A stretch of 64,000 nt of DNA, taken from the IMG/VR virus record IMGVR_UViG_3300037067_004861; one strand, written 5' to 3'. The notes below the pieces were generated by a model. The model worked only from the letters and a program-made list of their open reading frames with translations, was not told the DNA's origin and searched no databases. This document shows, in pieces, positions 7,711-16,188 of this stretch (positions are counted from its first letter, which is position 1; every line of letters begins with the position of its first letter). The stretch is from a virus (Duplodnaviria; Heunggongvirae; Uroviricota; Caudoviricetes). The position numbers and the translations under genes were made by a program.

Positions 7711-8652
7711 TTATCCCCTAGTCATGTCATTAAAGAGCTGGTCATCGCCGTTATCCGTAATAGAACTGTCCAAAGCTAGGCATCGTGCAGCGCTTTCCTC
7801 TTCTGATAAATCCCTGAAAATCCAACCACTCAGAATCACGTCCCAAGCATTGCTTATGTTAATGAACAATGCGTCTTGGTATTCCGGTGATATCCGCAGC
7901 CGATGGGTTGCGAACCGCAGCCGGGAGGCCGGACCACATATCTGGTCAATACCCGTAATCATGTCCGGCGATCCAATTGGCTCGCCAAGAAGCCATGAAT
8001 AAATAGACAACTGGTCCGCCCAGCCCCTATCCCCGTCTTCTAGGTGCATGGCGATATTGATATAAACGCCACGAACCTTTTGGAGATGGCAGTCCTTATG
8101 AATCTTGTAATCCACGCCGCCGTTTTCACGGAGCTTCACGAAGCCACGCATAGGACTCTTTAACGAATTACTACAGTAGCCGTTGACTTTCCAATCATAA
8201 ATGACCCGAGCCCCGTCTTCATTGATAAAGAAAATATCAGGCTTACCTAAGAGAGGCACACCCTCGATATCTCCCTTGATACTAAACTCGAATCGAGGAG
8301 GCCCGACTGCGGCCTCTAGCTCCAAAAGTAAGTCTGCTAGACACCCCGTGTTCTTATAGGCTTCAAAGACCTTCTTGCCTTCTTCCCACGCCCACGTCCT
8401 GTTATGTTCCTCGACTTGGGAATTGAAAATATCCTTGAGCGCGTATCCGTGACTCTCGGCTTCCGCGGCTCCGAACAGCTTTGTATAAAGGTAACTTTTG
8501 ACGTAGGCGTCGAACGCACTACCAATACTCATTGGCTTAGTTTGCGGTTCTCTTGGCGACCGCACGTCGCTAAGGTATCTACTATAAAAGAGTTCAATAT
8601 CATCGTAGAACAGCTTAACGCTGGTTGGACTCATGTATTCCGGAAGTCTCAT
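7711..8652 (-). CDS. PD-(D/E)XK superfamily nuclease (RecB/Cas4/phage-exonuclease-like)
   Basis: Motifs IGSAFDAYVK ... GKPDIFFINEDGARVIYDWK (D...D/ExK). Confidence 0.5.
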   Translation of the reverse strand: MRLPEYMSPTSVKLFYDDIELFYSRYLSDVRSPREPQTKPMSIGSAFDAYVKSYLYTKLFGAAEAESHGYALKDIFNSQVEEHNRTWAWEEGKKVFEAYKNTGCLADLLLELEAAVGPPRFEFSIKGDIEGVPLLGKPDIFFINEDGARVIYDWKVNGYCSNSLKSPMRGFVKLRENGGVDYKIHKDCHLQKVRGVYINIAMHLEDGDRGWADQLSIYSWLLGEPIGSPDMITGIDQICGPASRLRFATHRLRISPEYQDALFINISNAWDVILSGWIFRDLSEEESAARCLALDSSITDNGDDQLFNDMTRG

Positions 8653-8680
8653 AATTATTATGCTTTCTTTTTATGCTTTC

Positions 8681-8827
8681 TTATAGGGAATAGTTGAGAG
8701 TTCTACGGACAATGTATCCTATGAGAGCAAATGGACTTAAAAGTATCACCCCTACTATCACTATTGGGCTTATAAAGATAAGAACACCTATGCCAAGATA
8801 ACCTAGGAAACGGTCAAAATTATTCAT
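8681..8827 (-). CDS. Small membrane peptide (48 aa); ATGA start/stop overlap with 8824..9060
   Basis: Manual translation. Confidence 0.3.
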   Translation of the reverse strand: MNNFDRFLGYLGIGVLIFISPIVIVGVILLSPFALIGYIVRRTLNYSL

Positions 8828-9060
8828 GCTTGCTCTATGGATAGTGTACTCTTAATCAGGAAGGCACCGGTCATATCTGTATCATAATCTTTATTATTAT
8901 CATTCTCCGGAACTATACTAGCAATATAGACGTTACAGCCCCAGTAGTATCGGCATTCATCCCAATCAAAAGTTAAAAACTCTAAACCCCTATCGCCCCA
9001 TCGGGCATAATGATAGTTAGTTAATGTGAATGGCTTCATAGTGTTAAAAATCTCTCCCAC
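8824..9060 (-). CDS. Hypothetical protein
   Basis: ORF track. Confidence 0.4.
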   Translation of the reverse strand: MGEIFNTMKPFTLTNYHYARWGDRGLEFLTFDWDECRYYWGCNVYIASIVPENDNNKDYDTDMTGAFLIKSTLSIEQA

Positions 9061-9245
9061 CTATCAATAATACGCTCCGTATCTTCGGTGATAGGACCGG
9101 GCTCCCTGTCAGCATAGGCGACTTCATCGGGGACAGCCGTAACTACAATCCCTCCGGGCTTGATAATCGTACAATTACTTCCAGGAATCTCCAACTTCGC
9201 TAATAGGGTTAGGAGATTTCGCTTACTTAGAAGGACGTGATCCAT
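9036..9245 (-). CDS. Hypothetical protein
   Basis: ORF track; TGATTATAATATC motif immediately upstream (9247..9260). Confidence 0.4.
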   Translation of the reverse strand: MDHVLLSKRNLLTLLAKLEIPGSNCTIIKPGGIVVTAVPDEVAYADREPGPITEDTERIIDRWERFLTL

Positions 9246-9278
9246 GATTATAATATCCTATTACACCTTATGATAGTT

Positions 9279-9500
9279 TTACAACTCTGTGATTTTAAGA
9301 TCAATCTTTACAATACGCATCTGCTTCTTGACATCCGGATTATAGAAATAGTTGTCATTAAGACCCCGGAGATGTTCTATTTTCTCTTTTATAGCTCTCT
9401 CACTAGGTTCTAGTTCCATTTTATATGGAGAACACATATATAAGTCAGTATAGCCTTCATGGAATAGAAAGGCATCACCCACCATTATTGTGTACATCAT
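9279..9500 (-). CDS. Hypothetical protein
   Basis: ORF track. Confidence 0.4.
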   Translation of the reverse strand: MMYTIMVGDAFLFHEGYTDLYMCSPYKMELEPSERAIKEKIEHLRGLNDNYFYNPDVKKQMRIVKIDLKITEL

Positions 9501-9516
9501 ATTACCTTTTAAAGGC

Positions 9517-9768
9517 TTACTCTTCCGGAGGCTTATTATTCACCCACCCTGTTTTCCCGCATAGTCCACTACAGTTCTTGCAGCAGTCACAGTCTTCACA
9601 GGAGTCACAGCTTACACAATCGCGACATTCGATGCAGTCGAAGCAAAGGCAGCAATCGTCGCAATTACGGCAACTGTTGCAGTCAACACAATGTGTACAC
9701 TCTTCACAGTCATAGCATGATAGGCAATGCCTACAGTATCGACACCCTTGACAGTCATTATTAAACAT
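9517..9768 (-). CDS. Cysteine-rich repeat protein (CxxC)n, about 26 Cys in 83 aa; C-terminal GKTGWVNNKPPEE
   Basis: Paralog of 1468..1722. Confidence 0.55.
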   Translation of the reverse strand: MFNNDCQGCRYCRHCLSCYDCEECTHCVDCNSCRNCDDCCLCFDCIECRDCVSCDSCEDCDCCKNCSGLCGKTGWVNNKPPEE

Positions 9769-9792
9769 AATTATAACCTTTATTTTTTGATT

Positions 9793-9936
9793 TTAATAGC
9801 AGAGGAACACGACAAGAAGAATGGTTATTAACAATATGGGATGTGGACGATTACAGCACTTGGGACAATCACAGCTTTTGGGACAAATACTGCAGTCCTC
9901 ATAATTACAACAATTACTGCAACAATTATTGTACAT
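9793..9936 (-). CDS. Small Cys-rich peptide (47 aa; CC pairs, then a hydrophobic C-terminal anchor)
   Basis: Manual translation MYNNCCSNCCNYEDCSICPKSCDCPKCCNRPHPILLITILLVVFLCY. Confidence 0.3.
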   Translation of the reverse strand: MYNNCCSNCCNYEDCSICPKSCDCPKCCNRPHPILLITILLVVFLCY

Positions 9937-9946
9937 AATTTTTATT

Positions 9947-10177
9947 TTACTTTCTAACCGCGAAGTCAAGGAAAAAGGTATCCAATCTCTCCCCCTCCGG
10001 AGTCCAGAACTCCATCATCCCGTTGATATAATCTAAACTAATCGAGGGAACCTTGTCTCCAACAATATAATCATGGTTATTGCCCTCTAATGCAGTTTTG
10101 AGAGTACAATCAAGATAATTGTAGCAAAGCTCGTCGATTAGTTCACACTCTTTGGAAGTGAAAAGCTTATCTAGCAT
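9947..10177 (-). CDS. Hypothetical protein, paralog of 10223..10441 (M[LI]DKLFT...)
   Basis: ORF track; N- and C-terminal similarity between the pair. Confidence 0.4.
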   Translation of the reverse strand: MLDKLFTSKECELIDELCYNYLDCTLKTALEGNNHDYIVGDKVPSISLDYINGMMEFWTPEGERLDTFFLDFAVRK

Positions 10178-10222
10178 AGCCTTATCCTTATTTTTAATCT
10201 TTGATATTAGTCGATGATATTT

Positions 10223-10441
10223 TTAGTCGATGATATTCAACTCAATCTTTGATCTCTTCAAGACTATGCCCTCATTACCACAGAATTCGAGGATTCCATT
10301 TTCATAGTCTACGTTAATCGAGGCAACAACGTAACCCTTCTTGAATCCACTAACGTCCTTTAATAGAGTACAACTGTAGAACGAGAATAGGCAAATACCG
10401 TGCTGGCCCCAGTCATCCCAAGTAAATAGTTTGTCTATCAT
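10223..10441 (-). CDS. Hypothetical protein, paralog of 9947..10177
   Basis: ORF track. Confidence 0.4.
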   Translation of the reverse strand: MIDKLFTWDDWGQHGICLFSFYSCTLLKDVSGFKKGYVVASINVDYENGILEFCGNEGIVLKRSKIELNIID

Positions 10442-10445
10442 AGTC

Positions 10446-10790
10446 TTATTTCCATTCTGTTCTTACCTTGAAAGCAAGAATCTTATCATCTAGCTTTATG
10501 TGAGAAGTGGTATCCCAACCTAATATCAGAATCTTCAACAACCATATACATAAACTGAAAATATCGTTCTCATTCAAAAACACAAGAAGAAGATTATCCT
10601 CATGCTCTTCAAGTCTCGAACCACCCACATCCGGGATGATATTAATATCCTTGTAAATTCCTAAACAGGGATAACCAAGGGAAACTAGTTTATAAGTAAT
10701 AAAACGATTTAGCATATTTGCAGCAATGGCCCTATCCATTGTGATTTTAAGAGTCTTTCCATAGTCTTCAATAGCAGTAACGGTATTCAT
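10446..10790 (-). CDS. Hypothetical protein
   Basis: ORF track. Confidence 0.4.
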   Translation of the reverse strand: MNTVTAIEDYGKTLKITMDRAIAANMLNRFITYKLVSLGYPCLGIYKDINIIPDVGGSRLEEHEDNLLLVFLNENDIFSLCIWLLKILILGWDTTSHIKLDDKILAFKVRTEWK

Positions 10791-10794
10791 TTTA

Positions 10795-11022
10795 TTATTT
10801 TACTTTCACAACTAAACCATTAACTATTGTCACTTGGGCATACCAGGAATGCGGAGCAGGGTACCATGGACCCTCGACTGCTACTGTACCATGATTGTTA
10901 CTATTATTATCAGAACCATTATTATAGTTTAATGGTCCAGGTTGGTAAACCCGTACTTCTTCACCGGAAGCCACGGCTTCTTTCAACGCTTTCTTCGTTT
11001 TGAAATTCTTAGTGCAGTACAT
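10795..11022 (-). CDS. Hypothetical protein (75 aa; Asn/Gly-rich middle)
   Basis: ORF track. Confidence 0.4.
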   Translation of the reverse strand: MYCTKNFKTKKALKEAVASGEEVRVYQPGPLNYNNGSDNNSNNHGTVAVEGPWYPAPHSWYAQVTIVNGLVVKVK

Positions 11023-11467
11023 TTAAAACACTCCTTGGCAGATGCTTAATTAGATAACGTGCTAATTTGTAGTCCAACACGGCGGAGCAATGCGGACATT
11101 TATAGCAGGGCTCTCGTTTATCGCATGTGCAAGGCGTATGGTAAGCCAGGACATACACATCCCTAACATTGTGCGAATAGTAAGGAGAATGGTAATGGGC
11201 AGCCGCGATACGTGTGGCTAAACTATATTTCTTGGCCAAGCGTGGGGAGATTTTAAGATCAATTCTCGTTGGCTCCAAGAGCAGACGCAGGTGCTCCTCC
11301 GCGTCTTCGAGGAGACTTGTAATACACTTGTATTTCTCCTGCTTTATGAAATCCTCGGAATCGCGGAATCCTAGATTCCTGTTGACCATACGCATTGTAA
11401 ACTCGGAGCCAAGAAAAAAGAAGAAATTGAGATGACATAAGGCATAGCGTTTAACTAAATCATTCAT
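11009..11467 (-). CDS. Hypothetical protein with C-terminal Cys/His cluster (HTPCTCDKREPCYKCPHC)
   Basis: ORF track. Confidence 0.4.
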   Translation of the reverse strand: MNDLVKRYALCHLNFFFFLGSEFTMRMVNRNLGFRDSEDFIKQEKYKCITSLLEDAEEHLRLLLEPTRIDLKISPRLAKKYSLATRIAAAHYHSPYYSHNVRDVYVLAYHTPCTCDKREPCYKCPHCSAVLDYKLARYLIKHLPRSVLNVLH

Positions 11468-11669
11468 AGTAGTGCAGCCCTAATCTAGCTAGTCGGATTA
11501 AAATCTCCATGTCCACGGCATCGAAACCATAGACTATCTTATTCCTAGCGGAGTCAATATCCATACCCTCAGTGAATACAGAGTTAAAATGCTCCTTTTG
11601 TCGTGGCGTATAGTATCCATAGACTTGTTGCAGCCACCACTTCTCTTCTTGAAGCTGTTGGTTATTCAT
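11460..11669 (-). CDS. Hypothetical protein
   Basis: ORF track; TGATTATAATATC motif upstream (11683..11696). Confidence 0.4.
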   Translation of the reverse strand: MNNQQLQEEKWWLQQVYGYYTPRQKEHFNSVFTEGMDIDSARNKIVYGFDAVDMEILIRLARLGLHYYE

Positions 11670-11689
11670 CTTGTTATAACAACCTTTGA

Positions 11690-12478
11690 TTATAATATCC
11701 TCGCTGCCTTATTCGTCCAAGAATACGTCAATTCTCCATTAGGCCAGAAGATCAGTTGACGCTGTTTCCGAGGATTCACGGATTCGGTGAGGCAATTACT
11801 CACGGCGACGTTGTATCCTTGGTAATTATAAACACGGAGACCGTAATCGTACTCCAATAACAAATCCGCATAACCCTCTAAACAGTCTCTAAGCCAATCT
11901 AATGAAGAATGGAACTCCGTGGCATGACTTACTTCACGGAAGGTCGACTGCATGACTCCGGGAGTCGTGATAACATTAACCATATCCCCTAAATTAGTGA
12001 CGCCACCTTTAACCACGGTGACGTTAAGACGCACAGCCAAGCCAGCCTTGTTAGCATAAGCAATGACCTTACGATAGTCATAGTCTTCCGGGAGACCCAT
12101 TAACTGATTATTGATTATATTATCGGGATGGGCGATAGATAGGCAAAGCGTAGTGAGACCGTTCTCTTCTAATTGTGCAACTCCGGCTTCTGATAATAGG
12201 GCCCCGTTAGTCATTAACTCAATGAAGTCAAAGCGGTAACGATGCAATCGTTCCGTGTACTCTACTAAGAGGTCCCAATGCAGCGTCGGCTCACCTTTTC
12301 CGGTGAGAATCGCGGTATCCGTGATTCTATTAGCCCAGGCACAAACCCTATTGAAGCGGTGCCAATTGGGGGTTAATGTAAGATCGAAATTGGTTTTAGT
12401 TCTCTTGGCTATGCACCAAGGGCAGGAGGCGTTGCACTTCTTATCCCCAACGACAACGGAGAAAGTATCGAAATTCAT
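11690..12478 (-). CDS. Radical SAM enzyme (small; QueE-, NrdG- or PflA-activase-like)
   Basis: N-terminal CNASCPWC (CX3CX2C) and GKGEPTLH (GGEP-like) motifs. Confidence 0.6.
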   Translation of the reverse strand: MNFDTFSVVVGDKKCNASCPWCIAKRTKTNFDLTLTPNWHRFNRVCAWANRITDTAILTGKGEPTLHWDLLVEYTERLHRYRFDFIELMTNGALLSEAGVAQLEENGLTTLCLSIAHPDNIINNQLMGLPEDYDYRKVIAYANKAGLAVRLNVTVVKGGVTNLGDMVNVITTPGVMQSTFREVSHATEFHSSLDWLRDCLEGYADLLLEYDYGLRVYNYQGYNVAVSNCLTESVNPRKQRQLIFWPNGELTYSWTNKAARIL

Positions 12479-12635
12479 ATTGTTACCTTATTTCTTATTC
12501 TCTGATAGACTTATCAAGTAAGCCATTCCAAGTAAAAATAGTGCCACAGAGGATAATACAATCGGTGTACCGAACACATTTTGCAGAACCAAAAGACCTT
12601 TAATGAGCATGATCTTATTATCCTTATAATTAAAA

Positions 12636-12720
12636 GCCTGGGGCAGGAGTCGAACCTGCTAATCCGCACTGGATGCAAGCAGAGCCAGCACGAGCGTGTC
12701 CCGTCCACAACCGCCCAGGC
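12636..12720 (-). tRNA. Non-canonical 85-nt tRNA-like element, copy 1: perfect 7-bp acceptor stem and a canonical T-arm (GCAGG-TTCGACT-CCTGC), but the D and anticodon arms do not fold canonically
   Basis: Hand folding; identical to 13193..13277; sits inside a roughly 120-bp direct repeat. Confidence 0.4.
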
Positions 12721-12737
12721 GATATCTTAGTAATCTA

Positions 12738-12953
12738 TTATCTTTGTATCCTATTGACAGTATGAATATAGTATTCTGCACCAGTATTAGTTACTATGGC
12801 CCTCATGGTGTCAAGATTCACTTTAACATCTATCTCTGAGGGACCAAAATATTGACTCTTAATAATAAGCTTGATATCCTCTTCATCCGTAGCAAAATCT
12901 TCTAATACATCATCGAAATATGGACCTAATGTCACAAGATAAACAGTATTCAT
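12738..12953 (-). CDS. Hypothetical protein (71 aa) flanked by the two tRNA-like repeats
   Basis: ORF track. Confidence 0.4.
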   Translation of the reverse strand: MNTVYLVTLGPYFDDVLEDFATDEEDIKLIIKSQYFGPSEIDVKVNLDTMRAIVTNTGAEYYIHTVNRIQR

Positions 12954-13192
12954 AGTAATACACTTGTCCTTATTAATTACTCCTTAATTATTCTATTCTT
13001 TCTAAGATATAAATACCTAAGCCTGCCGTCAGAGAATCCTTGAGCTTTTCGTATAGTTCCTTGTTGCAATTAAGGCAAAGGGTCAGGGTTTCACACATAT
13101 TGATTCCATAAGTGACTCTAACCACGGATTCATGGTTTCTGCAGATTTGGCAAAGCATCCTATTATCCTATGATCTTACCCTATAATTAAAA

Positions 13193-13277
13193 GCCTGGGG
13201 CAGGAGTCGAACCTGCTAATCCGCACTGGATGCAAGCAGAGCCAGCACGAGCGTGTCCCGTCCACAACCGCCCAGGC
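13193..13277 (-). tRNA. Non-canonical 85-nt tRNA-like element, copy 2 (identical to 12636..12720)
   Basis: Exact duplicate including the flanking ttatcct...ataattaaaagcc and gatatcttagtaatctatt. Confidence 0.4.
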
Positions 13278-13283
13278 GATATC

Positions 13284-13532
13284 TTAGTAATCTATTTCTT
13301 GGTATTTAGGACGCATACGATTTAGACAACCACAATACGGACATGGGATGCCTATATGTTTGTCTACTAATGTACCCCTTGGAATACATAGATTGATGTT
13401 ATGTGTACAATTAGTGCAGTAGCATTTAGCTTTATAAGTCTTGGATTTGGATTTGGTTAATAGTGTTATTAGAATTTGCATAATCACTATCATCACGAAA
13501 ATGATAAGGAAACCAATATCGGAGTATGTCAT
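13284..13532 (-). CDS. Small membrane protein with zinc-finger-like Cys pairs (CYCTNC...CPYCGC)
   Basis: ORF track. Confidence 0.4.
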   Translation of the reverse strand: MTYSDIGFLIIFVMIVIMQILITLLTKSKSKTYKAKCYCTNCTHNINLCIPRGTLVDKHIGIPCPYCGCLNRMRPKYQEIDY

Positions 13533-13543
13533 AATGTTTTACT

Positions 13544-13897
13544 TTATGCTATATGTGGAGTAGGAGGATTACCGTCTAACACTGTTTGAACGGTACGTGT
13601 AACATCACGGATTCTCGTATCCCTCTCTTCTCGGAGGGCATTCTTCAACCCGTCCCAAGCCTCCTCAACTGTTGGGAACAGTAGCTCCGGTGATTTATAG
13701 TAATCATTATGGCAGGCCCCTGTGACAAGGATTTTATTATCAACTACCTTTTTGTATATTACCTCAAATATCTTACACGTGACCCTATTATTAGACATGA
13801 AATCATAATAATAGCCGTAGAGAGTAACACCCGGCGTTAGATGACCGTTGCCTTGACCGCATGTCGGACAGTATTTAACGAAGTCTGAAAGTTTCAT
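13544..13897 (-). CDS. Hypothetical protein, member of a 3-gene tandem paralog family (with 13910..14227 and 14241..14546)
   Basis: Shared pattern: YTY.F.I...N.....YK..FKE........G......P..LF.T.EEAW.GLK.AL...R..RI. Confidence 0.5.
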   Translation of the reverse strand: MKLSDFVKYCPTCGQGNGHLTPGVTLYGYYYDFMSNNRVTCKIFEVIYKKVVDNKILVTGACHNDYYKSPELLFPTVEEAWDGLKNALREERDTRIRDVTRTVQTVLDGNPPTPHIA

Positions 13898-13909
13898 GGT
13901 TTTAATACC

Positions 13910-14227
13910 TTATACCAATACCAACGGCATAGTAGAGTTACTTACTACCCTATCAATTGCATCCGAAATATCCTTGATTCTAATAACCTTTAGTCCTAGA
14001 AGGGCTATTTTCAATTCCTCCCAAGCTCCCTCTGGTGTCCCAAACAATAGTGACGGGCTGTAATACCGAATAACTCCCCTATTGACACAAGAAATAATAC
14101 CCTTGTATTCCTCTTTAAAGAAAACCTTGTACAAGTAATATACTACACAATTATTATCTAGAATTTTATATTCATATGTGTACAGTGCCGCACCATTATC
14201 CATATTAACGAAGTCAGTTAGTTTCAT
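13910..14227 (-). CDS. Hypothetical protein, paralog family member
   Basis: See 13544..13897. Confidence 0.5.
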   Translation of the reverse strand: MKLTDFVNMDNGAALYTYEYKILDNNCVVYYLYKVFFKEEYKGIISCVNRGVIRYYSPSLLFGTPEGAWEELKIALLGLKVIRIKDISDAIDRVVSNSTMPLVLV

Positions 14228-14240
14228 AGTTTTAATCCTA

Positions 14241-14546
14241 TTATTTTAATCCTAATACTTCTGGCATCGGGCCATCCACAATACTCTTAATATCCTCCAA
14301 GATACCCCTGATCCTATTATCTCTTTCCTTTAGGGCGGCTAGTTTCAAACCCTCCCAAGCTTCCTCTGGTGTTAGGAATAACATCTCTGGTTCTAGATGC
14401 CAATCATAATAACCATTAAAGACAATAATGCGATTGCCAAGCTGCTCTTTAAATGTCACCTTGTATAGGTTACATACATTATGGCCTATGATATCAAAAT
14501 CATAGGTATACAATATAGTGCCTGGAGGTTTATTAACGAAAATCAT
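14241..14546 (-). CDS. Hypothetical protein, paralog family member
   Basis: See 13544..13897. Confidence 0.5.
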   Translation of the reverse strand: MIFVNKPPGTILYTYDFDIIGHNVCNLYKVTFKEQLGNRIIVFNGYYDWHLEPEMLFLTPEEAWEGLKLAALKERDNRIRGILEDIKSIVDGPMPEVLGLK

Positions 14547-14746
14547 TTGAATACTACTACCTCTGTAACGGGATCGGTTGTATAGGTACTATTGTCTTCA
14601 AAAGTAAAGACCGCTGGCTCTTTTAATTGTAATGGATCAACGTTTCTGAGAATATAATCTTTAGTCACTACATCCGTGTAAACAATGAGTCTATTATCAA
14701 ACAATATGAATATCGCTCCGCACTCAGTTCTGAAGATTACTACCAT
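14543..14746 (-). CDS. Hypothetical protein
   Basis: ORF track; 4-nt overlap with the upstream gene. Confidence 0.35.
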   Translation of the reverse strand: MVVIFRTECGAIFILFDNRLIVYTDVVTKDYILRNVDPLQLKEPAVFTFEDNSTYTTDPVTEVVVFK

Positions 14747-15290
14747 TGTTCATAATAGTTTCTTTGTTTAGGCCAACATGAATCAGGCATCGACCCCTAC
14801 TGAAATCCGTTAGCTGTGCTCGCTCGACCAGGACGCCATACGTCCGCAGGCTCTTCTTCACTTCCCTAGTTAGGTGACTGGTGATTTTCTGCCTGTCCTC
14901 TTGGATTTGGGCTAGCGTATGCGAGGTAATGAACTCACAGAGCACAGCTAGAGTTTCGTCGACGATAGCATTATCAACGTCGTTAGTGTCTACTAGGGAC
15001 TTCTCCGCGTCATCGACGATATACCTAACCATGCAGCCAACGGCTACGCTAATACCATCCTTAGTGGTTAGAGTCTGGGTAGCTAGATTCACGGTCTGCC
15101 TGTTCGCAGCCCGGTGGTATAGGACTGACCAAAACGGCCAATACCATATGATTCCAGGCTCTAGGACAATAATGATGTTACCTCTTTTGATAATAACACC
15201 AACATCGACCTTCTCTAGATGGTACCACGTAGGTATTAGGCTGCCTAATACCTCCATCAGCTTACTAACCCATCCGAATAAGTTTTCCAT
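14724..15290 (-). CDS. SPFH/band-7 (stomatin/prohibitin-like) domain protein
   Basis: VIIKRGNIIIVLEPGIIWYWPF...TKDGISVAVGCMVRYIVDD matches the SPFH core pattern. Confidence 0.45.
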   Translation of the reverse strand: MENLFGWVSKLMEVLGSLIPTWYHLEKVDVGVIIKRGNIIIVLEPGIIWYWPFWSVLYHRAANRQTVNLATQTLTTKDGISVAVGCMVRYIVDDAEKSLVDTNDVDNAIVDETLAVLCEFITSHTLAQIQEDRQKITSHLTREVKKSLRTYGVLVERAQLTDFSRGRCLIHVGLNKETIMNNGSNLQN

Positions 15291-15292
15291 AG

Positions 15293-15613
15293 TTATTTCC
15301 TAATCCATACAGCCCCAGAAATAGTGTAGCCTAATGTCTTTAGATAATCGTCTACACGATCATACATGGGGCTGTTTGATATATAAATCTGTTTTGGGAG
15401 AAAAGGCTCCGCCATTTTTAGGGTATACAGAATCGTCCCACGAGCCAAATGCCCCGGAAAAGCTAGGGAATCAAAAGTCATGTATTCCAAGCACTTAACA
15501 AGTAAGTCTATGGAATCCGTTTTTATACACCCCTTGTCAGGATTATGGAATTGCAGTAGGAACATAGTTAGTCTTCTTGTTCGTGCTTGTGGGTGTGATA
15601 GTATTTTTGACAA
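15293..15613 (-). CDS. Hypothetical protein
   Basis: ORF track. Confidence 0.4.
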   Translation of the reverse strand: MSKILSHPQARTRRLTMFLLQFHNPDKGCIKTDSIDLLVKCLEYMTFDSLAFPGHLARGTILYTLKMAEPFLPKQIYISNSPMYDRVDDYLKTLGYTISGAVWIRK

Positions 15614-15876
15614 GCAATATCATAACCATCCCAGTTATCTACTCCCGCTGCCTCCAAGCAAGTAAGAAAGGAATCCCTGTCAAGAAGATGCTCATACATT
15701 TCTTTAGTGATGGAAACTATCATAGCTCATACCCCTTATATCTGTTGTAGCCAGGCTTACAGTCCAGGCATTTCTTACCTTTCCTACGCTCGAATCGGGC
15801 CTTCCAGCGTTTCAACCACCAATGATATGACTTAGTATGTCTTCCTTGGTAACAGATACCACTAGCGTCGGCCTTC

Positions 15877-16188
15877 TCATTCTTTGCCATAATCCACGGC
15901 CCTGAACTCATAATGACTACTTTGATTTTTGATTAGAATCCTTAAAGCCTCGTCTCTAGCCTTTTTACTCTTATATGTTTTCCATATACCCCAGTCCTTA
16001 TGGAATAGGAAAGACCAAGTGCTTTTACGGGCTTTGCACTCTATTCCCCAAACCTTCTTAATTTTCTTTTTATTAGAGGGTGGCTTCTTATTAGGCTTAT
16101 CCTCTTCACTTTCCCACGATGAAACAGGCATACCAAACTCCATTATCTGCCAGAACCATGGCACAACCATAGTATTTGCACTCACCAT
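15877..16188 (-). CDS. Hypothetical basic protein
   Basis: ORF track. Confidence 0.35.
   Translation of the reverse strand: MVSANTMVVPWFWQIMEFGMPVSSWESEEDKPNKKPPSNKKKIKKVWGIECKARKSTWSFLFHKDWGIWKTYKSKKARDEALRILIKNQSSHYEFRAVDYGKE

Noticed and set aside
12514-12708. ORF 12514..12708(-)
   Set aside because: It overlaps the tRNA-like element and the radical-SAM stop region. It is Cys/Arg-rich with low complexity and is likely spurious.
12636-13277. tRNA-like elements as tRNA-Sec (based on selC-like T-arm CAGGTTCGACTCCTG)
   Set aside because: No UCA anticodon is present, and the 8/5 or 9/4 acceptor/T geometry and 6-bp D-stem cannot be formed.
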